A DNA stretch of 64,000 nt. Source: a virus (taxonomy: Duplodnaviria; Caudoviricetes). The DNA lies in the IMG/VR virus record IMGVR_UViG_3300036827_000134, positions 22-64,021 of that record; one strand, written 5' to 3'. Of this stretch, positions 9,093 through 18,814 are shown piece after piece. Each line of letters opens with the position of its first letter. Within the stretch, counting starts at the first letter, position 1. Below the pieces are notes generated by a model. It saw nothing but the letters and a program-made list of their open reading frames with translations, did not search any database and was not told the origin of the DNA. The position numbers and the translations under genes are program-made.

Positions 9093-9652
9093 TGAGCCAT
9101 TTCACCTTGATCGCCGAGAATCTTGATGTCGCGCCAGCGTTGCGCGAGATCGATAGCCAGCCGTGGCTCTGGAACCATCGGCCAGACCGTCGCCAGGGCG
9201 ACTCGCCACACCGAGAAACAAGCGACGCCTGGTTAAGATACGCATCTGAAGATGCCATGCGAGAGCCCGGATTCGGGGCAAGGCCTCATGTCTCTGTCGC
9301 GTGGCCAGCGTGGTGGGTTCTACCGGCGACCGTTCATCTCGTCAGACAAATCGGCCAGGCCCTCGGCGGGAGTTTGGAGTTGGGCGGCGTGCTGATGACC
9401 CGCATCGGACCGGGACGCCAGGTCTACCCGCACCACGATCGCGGCAGCTGGCATGCCGAGCACTACGACCTGAAGGTTTGGGTTCCGTTAAGGGCCAACC
9501 TGCTTTGTGTGAACGGCGTTGAGGACGAAGAGATGGTCTGGCGCCCGGGTGACGCGTGGAGCCATGATAATCTGGTCACACATTGGGTGCGCAACGAAGG
9601 TCAGTCGGAACGAATTTGTTTGATCAGTTGCTTTAGGCGAGTCGCGCCGTGA
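9092..9652 (+). CDS. Fe(II)/2-oxoglutarate dioxygenase, aspartyl/asparaginyl beta-hydroxylase-like
   Basis: VYPHHD (HxD), HDNLVTHWVRN distal His, ERICLI 2OG-binding Arg. Confidence 0.8.
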   Translation: MSHFTLIAENLDVAPALREIDSQPWLWNHRPDRRQGDSPHRETSDAWLRYASEDAMREPGFGARPHVSVAWPAWWVLPATVHLVRQIGQALGGSLELGGVLMTRIGPGRQVYPHHDRGSWHAEHYDLKVWVPLRANLLCVNGVEDEEMVWRPGDAWSHDNLVTHWVRNEGQSERICLISCFRRVAP

Positions 9653-9975
9653 GCCGCGAGGCATTGCATATATTTGACGACCTGTTTCCGCCACAGAACA
9701 TACGTCACCACTTTGCTGGCCAGGATGACGATCACGGCGTCTACGCCAAGGAAATGCTCATTGACGCCGGTATGGTGCTCACGTCCCACGTCCATGCGTA
9801 CGACCATCTGAGTATCATCGGCCGCGGTATTGCTCACCTCCGGATCGAAGCTGGTACGCGTGTCGTGGTCGGGCCTCAGGCGATCGTCATTCCGAAGGGC
9901 GCCGCGCATGAACTGCGCGCGATCACCGACGTGGTCTGGTACTGCATACACGCGACCAGCGACGGAGAAGTCTGA
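9649..9975 (+). CDS. Cupin-domain protein
   Basis: SHVHAYDHLSII..G and IPKGAAHEL.AITDVVWYCIH cupin motifs. Confidence 0.8.
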   Translation: MSREALHIFDDLFPPQNIRHHFAGQDDDHGVYAKEMLIDAGMVLTSHVHAYDHLSIIGRGIAHLRIEAGTRVVVGPQAIVIPKGAAHELRAITDVVWYCIHATSDGEV

Positions 9976-10823
9976 TGCCGTGGGCGCCAGCAATCGCAGC
10001 GGGGGTTTCAGCCGCTGGATCGATCGGCAGCGGCATCCTTGGAAGCCAGGCTTCGGGTTCGGCTGCGCGCTCGCAGGCCGCGGCCCAGCAAGGCACCCTC
10101 AACTGGATCCAGCAGGTCTACGGTCAGGCGGGTAGCAATCTTCAGCCGTTCATCGGGGCCGGCCAGGATGCGCTTACATCGCTGAAGGGATTCTATGGTC
10201 TGCCGGGCGGCAATACTGGCAACGCACAGCAGGCCTTTTCGTCGTTCCAGGGCACGCCGTTCTATCAATTCCCCCTGCAGCAGGCGAACCTGGCGACCAA
10301 CCGCGCGCTTGCGGCCAGTGGCCTGACCGGTTCGGGCGGCGCGCTGCGCGACCTCTCGCAACTCAATGCCGGATACGCGAGCCAAGGACTCGGCCAGTAC
10401 CTGACCGGTCTCGGCACATTGGCAGGCGGCGGTCAGAGTGCGGCGTCGCAACTCGCCGGCGTGGGCATCGGGACGATCCCGGGTGTTGGAAACGCCTATA
10501 CCGGCATCGGTAATGCGCAGGCCGCAGGCACCGTCGGCGGGTTCAACTCGATCAGTCAGGGCGTGTCGAACGCGATGCCATTCCTCACTGGCACGCCGGG
10601 TGCGAATCCAAGCCAGAGTTCATACGGCAATGGTACGCCGGCCGGCGGCGGTCTTCTGGGCGCGGCTTCGGGCCAGTTCAGCGGAAACGGATTGTTCAGC
10701 GCGAACAGTCTGAATTCCGCCTTCGGCACTCAGTTCGGCGCCGGCACATTCCCGACCGCCGATAATCCAAATGCGATTGTGCCCGGCTATCAGTCCGATA
10801 ATTACACCCCGATTGGCGGCTGA
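9975..10823 (+). CDS. DNA ejection protein (P22 gp7-like)
   Basis: Hydrophobic Gly/Ala N-terminus; LQPFI.AG..AL and GNAQAAG motifs. Confidence 0.7.
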   Translation: MPWAPAIAAGVSAAGSIGSGILGSQASGSAARSQAAAQQGTLNWIQQVYGQAGSNLQPFIGAGQDALTSLKGFYGLPGGNTGNAQQAFSSFQGTPFYQFPLQQANLATNRALAASGLTGSGGALRDLSQLNAGYASQGLGQYLTGLGTLAGGGQSAASQLAGVGIGTIPGVGNAYTGIGNAQAAGTVGGFNSISQGVSNAMPFLTGTPGANPSQSSYGNGTPAGGGLLGAASGQFSGNGLFSANSLNSAFGTQFGAGTFPTADNPNAIVPGYQSDNYTPIGG

Positions 10824-12949
10824 TGAGCGGCACGCAGATCCCGCTACAGGTCCAACCTTTCAGCCCGTTCACCGGACAGAAGGCCGAGACCGACATCGAG
10901 GCCACGCAAGCCGGGATTGGCCAGACTCAGGCGCAGACCGGGTTGATCGGTGAACAGGCCAGGACCGCGCAGATCGGCAATCAGATCGCTTCGGCTCGTC
11001 TGCCGTTCTTGCTTCGTGCGTACGGTGCTGCCGGCGGAACTCCGCCTCCCGGCATGCCTGGTGCGATCGGCGCAAGCGGTGGTCAGGACTATACTGGGCC
11101 TGACGGAATAATCCCCGATCAAAACGGCCCTCTGGGCGGTATGGGTTCACTTCCGAAGGGAGCTTTTATCCGATTCATGATGTCTCCTGCGGAGAAATGG
11201 GCTGATCTCGCACCAAAGGTCCGTGAGGAGAAAAACGCGTACGTCAACCAGGCCGCATCAGCAACGCTCGATCCGACCACAGGACAGGCCGATCCGGTCA
11301 AATGGAACCAAATGGTCGCCAACGAGGTGCAATCCGGTTACATGACCGCCTCGCAGGCACGCATCCTGTACGGGCACCCCGAGCTGGCGCAGACCATCCT
11401 GCAGTCGACCCTACCAGTGGGCGAGCAACCGGGTACCAAACAGACGCAGGCAGCTGCAACAGCGGCGGGCCAAGCAACGCAGAAAATAGTCAAAGTCAAC
11501 GCCCCGGTCCTGGACGCGAACGGCCAACCGACCGGTCAGAACCAGGACGTTTACTACCGACAATCGGACCTATTGCCGAACGGTCAGCCGAAGCCGGGAG
11601 CGCAGACGGCACAGTACGGACCACCTGTCCAGGCAACGGACCTTCCGCCGACAGCGCAGAAATTCCTGCGCGCACTTTCGCCGTCAGAGGCCAACGCCCC
11701 TGACCAGCGTTACGTACCACCCGGCAGTGACAGACCAGCGACCTTCGATACTACGCAAGGTCACCCAGGCCAGGGTGCGGCAGGGCTTTTCCAGTTTGAA
11801 CCCGAGACCTGGCAGCGCGGTGCGCAACTTGCTGGTGTAAATCCGAACAATATGAGTCAGGCCAACCAGGAGCGTGCAGCCTGGGCCGTGGCGCAGGATG
11901 ATTACGCGAAGAATTCCGGCGGCCGATCGTTACTTTTCGATATCAACAGAGGAAACGTTAATCAGGTGGCAGCCGGTCTGAAAAGCACATGGCCGTCGAT
12001 TACCGGGGGCGCCCAGCAGAACGCGGTCGGAGCGAGTTTCACTCAAAGACTCGCCGCAATCACCGGACAGCCGAACGCCGCCACGGCCGCCGCTCCTCCG
12101 CTTCCTGTCGGTCCACGCGCTGCACCTGTTGCTGCTGCCAGCCCGCCGCAGTTTACCCCAGGCGTTGAAGCGGCGCGCGCCGTCGATACCGAACACATCA
12201 AGGCGGACGATACGCTCAACCAATCCAATCTCGATGCCGCACAAAAGGCGTTGTCGGCCGGCATCGGAATTCGCGAAGCGCGCGATCTCATCGCCAACGT
12301 GCCGACCGGCGCTTTCATTGACCAGAGACTGGCATTACAGAGCGCAGCGCAGCAAACCGGTAGTCCATTGCTGTCCCGCATTTCGACAGCGCTTACCGGG
12401 CTTAATCCGCAGCAACTAAATGATGCCGAGTTCGCCCGGAAGCTATATCAGAATAACGTTGTCTCCCAGGAACAAGCGATCGGCGGCGTACGGATCGGCG
12501 CGATGTTCACCAATTTCTTTGCCAAGGCCAGTCCGAACCTGTCGTTGCAAAACGGCGCCTTGAACGAAATGAGTAATGCGGCTTTGGTCGGTCAGCAGAT
12601 GATCCGGGATTTCGCCAACGGATCGAATGCCTACACGAATGCGAAGCAGCAGACCTATCAACAGAACCTCGCGGCCGGAAGATATCAACCATACCCAGCC
12701 GAGCGAAACTATGAGGCAACCTGGACCGCGGACGGATCGCCGCACGCCGCGGACACCTACGCGGCCGCCGTGCACATCCTCAACGGCGCGCCGATCACCC
12801 AGGCCGTGAAGGGTCTCAATCCAGCGCAGCTCAACGAGGCGATCGACGTGATCGCGCGCGCTGACCCAGGTGCGATGCCAAAGATACTTGCTCGGCCGGA
12901 CGTGCGGGCGTGGCGCAAATCGCTGAAAACCGCAGCAAATGGAGGATAG
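10823..12949 (+). CDS. DNA ejection/internal virion protein with lambda-type lysozyme (transglycosylase) domain
   Basis: FLRALSPSE...AAGLFQF...TW...QERAAW...LKSTWPSI at ~11640-12010. Confidence 0.7.
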   Translation: MSGTQIPLQVQPFSPFTGQKAETDIEATQAGIGQTQAQTGLIGEQARTAQIGNQIASARLPFLLRAYGAAGGTPPPGMPGAIGASGGQDYTGPDGIIPDQNGPLGGMGSLPKGAFIRFMMSPAEKWADLAPKVREEKNAYVNQAASATLDPTTGQADPVKWNQMVANEVQSGYMTASQARILYGHPELAQTILQSTLPVGEQPGTKQTQAAATAAGQATQKIVKVNAPVLDANGQPTGQNQDVYYRQSDLLPNGQPKPGAQTAQYGPPVQATDLPPTAQKFLRALSPSEANAPDQRYVPPGSDRPATFDTTQGHPGQGAAGLFQFEPETWQRGAQLAGVNPNNMSQANQERAAWAVAQDDYAKNSGGRSLLFDINRGNVNQVAAGLKSTWPSITGGAQQNAVGASFTQRLAAITGQPNAATAAAPPLPVGPRAAPVAAASPPQFTPGVEAARAVDTEHIKADDTLNQSNLDAAQKALSAGIGIREARDLIANVPTGAFIDQRLALQSAAQQTGSPLLSRISTALTGLNPQQLNDAEFARKLYQNNVVSQEQAIGGVRIGAMFTNFFAKASPNLSLQNGALNEMSNAALVGQQMIRDFANGSNAYTNAKQQTYQQNLAAGRYQPYPAERNYEATWTADGSPHAADTYAAAVHILNGAPITQAVKGLNPAQLNEAIDVIARADPGAMPKILARPDVRAWRKSLKTAANGG

Positions 12950-13307
12950 AGAAGTGAATCTTCGGGAAGCTGTGGAAGAATTCGAACGGGAAATGAACGT
13001 GTTTAGAAACGACGATAAGTTGATCTTGCCTGTTCATCCCGTCTCTTCGGGCGATCCGGTAGCCACCGAAGCTGAGGCGGCCATGAGATGGCTTCACGCG
13101 GTCCGTTGCTTCGCCAAGGGACACGGTACTACTCTATGCTGGAACGACAATCCCCACCTTGTAGTCTTCGGCGAAGATCACCACTACGCGGGCAAGTGCA
13201 AGGTCTATTCATACCTCTGGGTGTGGGACGGGTTGGTCCCGACGTGTCCCCCTGGGGAGTCGATTGAGCACTGGCTTATTAGAGTAGAAACGGAGTTATG
13301 TGCTTGA
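12939..13307 (+). CDS. Hypothetical protein (moron between ejection genes)
   Basis: ORF overlapping previous stop; lower GC. Confidence 0.5.
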   Translation: MEDREVNLREAVEEFEREMNVFRNDDKLILPVHPVSSGDPVATEAEAAMRWLHAVRCFAKGHGTTLCWNDNPHLVVFGEDHHYAGKCKVYSYLWVWDGLVPTCPPGESIEHWLIRVETELCA

Positions 13308-13330
13308 TCTTGATCCTACGGAGACAGACG

Positions 13331-13531
13331 ATGCCCAGTTTTGGAAAAACGTTCATAGCTTCAGCTATCAACGCGCTCCTTTTGTTTATGGCATTGGCCC
13401 AAATCGGGGGCACTATTATCGACCTCGAGAACGGAGAAACGAGTCCCGACGTTTGGGCTTGCGGTGACATAGGGGTGACTTGTCTCTTTGCAATACCTCT
13501 CGTTTTCCGCTGGGGTACGCGGCCGAGATAA
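13331..13531 (+). CDS. Small two-TM membrane protein
   Basis: GGAG RBS; two hydrophobic segments. Confidence 0.5.
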   Translation: MPSFGKTFIASAINALLLFMALAQIGGTIIDLENGETSPDVWACGDIGVTCLFAIPLVFRWGTRPR

Positions 13532-13562
13532 TCCCACTCCGACCGATAGAAATCGCAGTTTG

Positions 13563-16268
13563 ATGGCTGACCCGGCAGTCGATCCCTTCGCCCAGTATGA
13601 CACGCCGGCCGCGACGCCGGCGCCGACGAACGACAACGCGCAGCCTGCTTCCACAGGGCCGGCAGTCAGTCAACAGCTGATCCCGGTCTATGATCAGTCC
13701 GGCCAATGGACCGGGTATCGCCGCGCCGACCTCGCACCAGGCGGTGCGCCAACCCCTGATCAGGCACCAGCCGTCGCACCCACCACCACGCCGATCGCGG
13801 TGAAAGGCGCCGCCGCTGCGCCGGCACCCGGGTCGATCTCTGACACCGTCAACCAGATGCTGGATCAGACAGCGCCGGGGAAGGCAGCAGCCGTACCGCC
13901 AACTGCGCCGGCGAAAGGTGCGCCGCAGGTCGATCCGTTCGCGAAGTACGAGGTGGCCTCACCGGTATCATCGGCACCTGCGACACCAGCGGCGCAGGGA
14001 GTGCAAGCCGTTGCGCCAGGCACGAAAACGACAGGAATGGTAGCAAACGTCGGCGCAGGCACCAGCGAGGCGGTATCGGGATTACTTGGTCTTCCTGTGG
14101 ACACCGCGGCTGCGGCGATGAACCTCGGTCTTAAAGCGATGGGCATGCCGCCGATCGAGAAACCATTCGGTGGAGCGAAGTCCTGGAATGAGTTGTTCGG
14201 CCTTTTCGGCGCAAACCCCGAGAACGTGGCACCAGCGAATGAGACTGAAGCGCTTCTTCGTTCAGCGGGCCGCGGCGCCGCCAGCGTCGCACTTCCAGGT
14301 GGCGTGGCCTCACGATTGGTACGTGCGGCGGCCCCGGGCGTTGCTGTCGCTCCGGCCCTTTCTACCATCGCCCAAGGAGCCGGAGTCGGAGGAGTGGCAG
14401 CCGGAGCTGCGGGAGGTGTGACAGGAACATTGGCCAGCCAGGCTGTGCCAGATCCGTACAAGCCAGTCGCTGAATTGGTAGGGAACGTCATCGGAGGCGG
14501 TGTCGCAGGGGAACTTACAAATGCCGCGGCGGCCATCGGGAGGGGCATCAACACAGCATTCAGGCCATCATCCCAGGTCGATCGTCTTACCGGCCAGATA
14601 TTGAACGAAGCCGCTGGCAATACCGTCCCAAACTTCGAGCCTTCGCCGATTCCAGGGGCGCCTCTCAACATCGCCCAATCATCGGGTAGTCCAGAGCTAG
14701 CTGGACTCGTCGATACCCGTAATGCCGCCAATGTCGCGGCAATGAAACGGATGCAGACCGCCCAGAATACGGCTGTCATCGGTGAGGTCCCAGGAACGCC
14801 AGGAACCAATGTGGCACCTGAAGCGGCTGCAGCGCGCGGATCGACCCGCTTTACCAGCGGTGTCCAGAGCGGCACGAAGATATCGAACACCGAGGAAGGA
14901 CGGCTCTGGAACACGCCGGCCCTCAAAGACAAAAACATGTCTTCCGAATCCTCGAAGAAATCCGTTGCTGACGCGATCCTCCGCATCCAGGCGGATACCC
15001 CGGGCCTTCACGATGCAATGAACAACTCTGGTGTGCTTCGCGGCGTCGTTAAAGACCTGACGGAGATGTCAGAGAAGATATCGGCCAACGAATTGAACTC
15101 GATTGCATCACGTTTCAAAAAGATCGGTCGCGATCCAAACCAGGATGATAACGTACGGCTCGTCGCAAAGCAGCTTGGCGGCGCGGCGCATGACGGTCTC
15201 TGGAACGCGCCGGAAGTGACAGGGCGCCCAGCACGGACCATCCCGGGACTTCCCGCGCGGACCGAAATGCACGCGCAGGCGGATGGAACGGTGGTGCCTG
15301 TGCAGATCGCGGCACAGCCATCGACCGTCATCCCTGCCGTGCAGCCTATCCCGGCCCTCGTTCGAGACCTGACCAAGGCACGCGAGTTCACACGTCACGA
15401 GGCCGAGACCTTTGGACATGCCTCGTTCGATAATATCGTCGGACGCAATTCCTACGGCAACCAGACTGTCACGCCGGGTACGGCAGCCAATCGCTTTTTC
15501 GATTTTGCCAACGGAACCGAACGACCAGGAGCTATTCGGGACGCCGGGAAATTCCTCAACGACATCAAATCCGAGTGGCTGAAGCTGGGTCAGCTCGGAA
15601 CCAAGTACGACCCAGTGGGCGTCCAACTTGCCCAAACAGAACTGAAAGAGGGGTTACGGGAATATATCGCTTCCAGGTTCCTGAGCACGGTTTCGACCAA
15701 CAATATTGATGCGGCTGGTCAGCAGATGATCTCGATGGCCAAGGCGGCGGACTTCCTTGGTAATAACAGGCAGATGTTGGAGCGCACCGGCGTGTATACG
15801 CCAGCCGAGATCGACGCGTGGCTCAGGGTTAAGGATTACGCGAGAATGATCAACCGGGGCGACAACCTAGGAAGGCCGGTCAATTCCGCAACCTTCACGC
15901 GTCTAATGTCCAATAAAAGATGGCTCGATATGTTCATGCCGCCACTGGTCGGGCATGTCGCAGGTGCAGGGATCGGCGCTGCGCTTGGCGGCACGATCGG
16001 CAACGTTGTCGGAGAAGGCGCACTTGGCGCGATACTTGGCGCGGGAACTGAGGGCGGAGGACTCGGCACAGCGGTCCTTCGACGGATTTACGACGCGCCC
16101 CGCGAGAAAGTGATGGAGCGGTTGGATGAGGCGATCAGCGACCCTGTGATCGCAAAAGATCTGATGCAACGGGCAGTGCGCAGGGTGAGTTTCAATCCAC
16201 GGACGAAGGTCTGGATACGCGGGCTTCTTACGCTACCAACCGTCGCAACAGGAGCGCAGCAGCAATGA
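13563..16268 (+). CDS. Large DNA ejection/internal virion protein (P22 gp16-like position)
   Basis: DPFAQY/DPFAKY repeats, Pro-rich N-terminus, Gly/Ala hydrophobic stretches, last of three pilot genes. Confidence 0.7.
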   Translation: MADPAVDPFAQYDTPAATPAPTNDNAQPASTGPAVSQQLIPVYDQSGQWTGYRRADLAPGGAPTPDQAPAVAPTTTPIAVKGAAAAPAPGSISDTVNQMLDQTAPGKAAAVPPTAPAKGAPQVDPFAKYEVASPVSSAPATPAAQGVQAVAPGTKTTGMVANVGAGTSEAVSGLLGLPVDTAAAAMNLGLKAMGMPPIEKPFGGAKSWNELFGLFGANPENVAPANETEALLRSAGRGAASVALPGGVASRLVRAAAPGVAVAPALSTIAQGAGVGGVAAGAAGGVTGTLASQAVPDPYKPVAELVGNVIGGGVAGELTNAAAAIGRGINTAFRPSSQVDRLTGQILNEAAGNTVPNFEPSPIPGAPLNIAQSSGSPELAGLVDTRNAANVAAMKRMQTAQNTAVIGEVPGTPGTNVAPEAAAARGSTRFTSGVQSGTKISNTEEGRLWNTPALKDKNMSSESSKKSVADAILRIQADTPGLHDAMNNSGVLRGVVKDLTEMSEKISANELNSIASRFKKIGRDPNQDDNVRLVAKQLGGAAHDGLWNAPEVTGRPARTIPGLPARTEMHAQADGTVVPVQIAAQPSTVIPAVQPIPALVRDLTKAREFTRHEAETFGHASFDNIVGRNSYGNQTVTPGTAANRFFDFANGTERPGAIRDAGKFLNDIKSEWLKLGQLGTKYDPVGVQLAQTELKEGLREYIASRFLSTVSTNNIDAAGQQMISMAKAADFLGNNRQMLERTGVYTPAEIDAWLRVKDYARMINRGDNLGRPVNSATFTRLMSNKRWLDMFMPPLVGHVAGAGIGAALGGTIGNVVGEGALGAILGAGTEGGGLGTAVLRRIYDAPREKVMERLDEAISDPVIAKDLMQRAVRRVSFNPRTKVWIRGLLTLPTVATGAQQQ

Positions 16269-16377
16269 GGGCCCTAGAAAGCACACGTCCGACCGACCGG
16301 CCGAGATACCAGACCAGTTGGCAAATCCTGAAGCTGACCACCAGGATAACGGCTACCAGAAGCAGTGCGTGGAACAT
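16228..16377 (-). CDS. 49-aa hydrophobic antisense micro-protein (candidate superinfection exclusion)
   Basis: Hand-translated MFHALLLVAVILVVSFRICQLVWYLGRSVGRVLSRALIAAALLLRRLVA; GAGAG upstream. Confidence 0.45.
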   Translation of the reverse strand: MFHALLLVAVILVVSFRICQLVWYLGRSVGRVLSRALIAAALLLRRLVA

Positions 16378-16422
16378 AACGAATATCTCTCAAATTCTGA
16401 GTTCAGTGCGAGATATTTACAC

Positions 16423-16599
16423 ATGAAAATGCCGAAAATAAAGGCTTTTCCGGCGATCAGGATGCCGCAACCGCCAGGCGGTCACGCGCTCAAGGCCGGG
16501 CGGGCCGTGTTGGGTCAGTTCGCGCATCACGCACCGGCGACGGTGAAAGCCATCCCGAGGATGTCGCGGCCCGGTAAGGCGCACGGACCGCACAACTAG
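16423..16599 (+). CDS. Small basic protein with FAHHAPA motif
   Basis: 58 aa, Lys/Arg/Pro/His-rich; stop precedes RBS of next gene. Confidence 0.55.
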   Translation: MKMPKIKAFPAIRMPQPPGGHALKAGRAVLGQFAHHAPATVKAIPRMSRPGKAHGPHN

Positions 16600-16609
16600 G
16601 AGAGAGCCA

Positions 16610-17497
16610 ATGGCCGCCTCTGGCGTTGCGTACTATACCGCAAATCCGTTCGAAATATCAACGAACGGCACTCCCTTGGCTGGCGGTCAACTTCTGTTTT
16701 ACGAATCTGGAACCACGACGCCGCTCGCGGTCTATTCAGATCCTGGACTGGCCACTCCGATTGCCCAACCAGTCGTTGCTGATGCGAACGGCCGCTTCGG
16801 CAGTATTTGGCTCGATCCTTCCCAGGCGTACAAGATTCAATTATTTACCGCTGCCACGCCGGATAATCCAACCGGGTCTCAGATTTGGAGCATTGACCCT
16901 TTCGGCCCGGCCGCCGGTGGAACCGTCGCCAATACGGCGGGGATCATCGGCGAGGTCAGGCAGTTCGCCGGCCCTGCTGCCTCCATTCCTTCGCAATGGT
17001 ACCTTTGTTATGGGCAGGCGGTCAGCCGCACCACCTATGCCGCCCTGTTCGCCCTCCTCGGCACGACGTGGGGCGCCGGCGATGGCACCACCACCTTTAA
17101 TCTGCCGGATCTGCGCGGCCGCGTGATGGCCGGCGTCGACAATATGGGCGGCACGCCGGCGAACCGGATGACGTCAGGAGTAAGCGGCATCTCCGGAGTG
17201 ACCCTGGGCGCGGCGGGCGGTGGCCAATTGGCCCAGCAGGATACCCTCTCGGCGAGCAGCTCGGCGAGCAGCGTTGTGAGCGGCGGGTCTGTGGCGGTAA
17301 ATAATGCCGGCGCAAGCGTGTTGGCCGGTCCGAACAAGCAGGTGTGCCAGAACACTGGTTCGACCGAGAGTTATTCGGTGACCGGCCTGACCGTCGCCAC
17401 CACGGTGACCACGACAGTATCATCGGGCTTGACTGGCACAACCCAGAACGTGCAACCGACTGCCATGACAAACATGATAATTTACGCTGCAGCATAA
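16610..17497 (+). CDS. Tail collar-domain fibre protein
   Basis: PLAGGQLLFYESGTTTP head-binding-like N-terminus; WYLCYGQAVSRTTYAALF...GDGTTTFNLPDLRGR collar motif. Confidence 0.88.
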   Translation: MAASGVAYYTANPFEISTNGTPLAGGQLLFYESGTTTPLAVYSDPGLATPIAQPVVADANGRFGSIWLDPSQAYKIQLFTAATPDNPTGSQIWSIDPFGPAAGGTVANTAGIIGEVRQFAGPAASIPSQWYLCYGQAVSRTTYAALFALLGTTWGAGDGTTTFNLPDLRGRVMAGVDNMGGTPANRMTSGVSGISGVTLGAAGGGQLAQQDTLSASSSASSVVSGGSVAVNNAGASVLAGPNKQVCQNTGSTESYSVTGLTVATTVTTTVSSGLTGTTQNVQPTAMTNMIIYAAA

Positions 17498-17501
17498 CGC
17501 C

Positions 17502-17891
17502 ATGCCTGATCAGACTACCCCTTCCGATAAGCCAACGGTCTACCGGAACGTAATCCAACTCGGCCAACTGCTTCCTTTGATCCCAGCCCTCACCATGATT
17601 GGACTGCTGATCAAACTTACCTGGACGGCTGGCGCGACCTATGAGGAGGTCCACTCCGCGATGATCCAGGAAACCGCCCGGGCCACCAACGCAGAGGTCG
17701 TTCTAAGGAACGATGTGACTCAACTCGGCGACAAGCTGAGTGCGAAGATCGACTCGAAAACGGACATGGAAGATCAGAAATTGAGCAACCTCAGTGACAA
17801 GATCAATGGCCTGAGCGACAAGTTGATCGACCTGAAGGTACAAGTCGGCGACATCGTCAAGGCCAGCACGCCGACGCCGCCGCGACGATGA
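17502..17891 (+). CDS. Putative inner-membrane spanin (Rz-like)
   Basis: N-terminal TM helix then coiled coil; ATGA-coupled to lipoprotein gene. Confidence 0.5.
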   Translation: MPDQTTPSDKPTVYRNVIQLGQLLPLIPALTMIGLLIKLTWTAGATYEEVHSAMIQETARATNAEVVLRNDVTQLGDKLSAKIDSKTDMEDQKLSNLSDKINGLSDKLIDLKVQVGDIVKASTPTPPRR

Positions 17892-18136
17892 TCCGGGCAT
17901 TCGCCCTGCTTATGGCAGTGGCGGGGTGCAAGGCGCAGATAGTGACGGTACCACCGCGACCGCATATTGATTTGCCGCACTACTGTCAGTTGGCGCCGAA
18001 ACCACCGCAACCGCTTGGGCAATTTGTGACGACCGCACAACTAAGGGCATGGGCAGAAGCAACCGAATCGGCCCGACGGGAAACTGCGGCGAGGCTGAAT
18101 AAATGTGTCCGGCGCCTTCGTGACGTGATGGAGTGA
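17888..18136 (+). CDS. Putative outer-membrane spanin lipoprotein (Rz1-like)
   Basis: Signal peptide with lipobox VAGC, Pro-rich body, two extra Cys. Confidence 0.65.
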   Translation: MIRAFALLMAVAGCKAQIVTVPPRPHIDLPHYCQLAPKPPQPLGQFVTTAQLRAWAEATESARRETAARLNKCVRRLRDVME

Positions 18137-18339
18137 GAGCGATGGCTGTTCGTCCCGCGAGACGCAAGCCAATAGTGGCCGTTGTTCCGAGGAGCGTCCA
18201 ATTTGAACCTGACGTGGCCGCAGAGGTGGACGAATATCGGGCAGCGAAGGGATTGACCTCGTTCAGCAAGGCGGTAATGGCGATGCTGGCGGAGCGTCGG
18301 GCACTCCTCGCACAGGGGCGGAGAATCGCAGGATCGTAA
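18133..18339 (+). CDS. Ribbon-helix-helix DNA-binding protein
   Basis: RSVQFEPDVAAEVDEYRAAKGLTSFSKAV pattern. Confidence 0.6.
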   Translation: MRAMAVRPARRKPIVAVVPRSVQFEPDVAAEVDEYRAAKGLTSFSKAVMAMLAERRALLAQGRRIAGS

Positions 18340-18375
18340 CTTGCTACCTGTGCACGCTTCGTTCATCTTCTGGTC

Positions 18376-18741
18376 ATGAGCGAGGAAGTTCAGGTCCACA
18401 TTCATCTGCATCTGCCGCCCGAGTTGGCGACGATGCTGTCAGACCGTCAACTACTTCGCGATATCCTTCGCAGCACCGAAAGGCTCATCGTCATGTCTCA
18501 GACGCTTTCCGAACAGGTTGACGCCGCCAATGCCGCCTTGAGTGCCGGCCTCGACTCGATTCAGACCGACGTGACCGCCATCGCCGCCGAATTGCAGGCT
18601 GCGGTGCCGCCGGCTGGCAGCACCATCTCGCAGGCCCAGGTCGATGCGCTGAACGCCCAGGTCACGCGCGTCCAGGCCGTCAAAACGTCCCTTGACGCAC
18701 TGGTCGTTCCGCCCGTTACGCCTCCTGCACCGACTCCGTAA
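18376..18741 (+). CDS. Coiled-coil hypothetical protein
   Basis: Heptad Ala/Leu pattern; followed by terminator. Confidence 0.6.
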   Translation: MSEEVQVHIHLHLPPELATMLSDRQLLRDILRSTERLIVMSQTLSEQVDAANAALSAGLDSIQTDVTAIAAELQAAVPPAGSTISQAQVDALNAQVTRVQAVKTSLDALVVPPVTPPAPTP

Positions 18742-18765
18742 TTCCGCGCACACGGCGTGGTAACG

Positions 18766-18796
18766 CGGCCCTCGGCTCCGGCCTGGGGCCGTTTTC
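18766..18796 (+). terminator. Rho-independent terminator
   Basis: CGGCCCTCGGC-TCCG-GCCTGGGGCCG stem followed by TTTT. Confidence 0.55.
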
Positions 18797-18814
18797 GTAA
18801 AGGGGGAACCTGAA

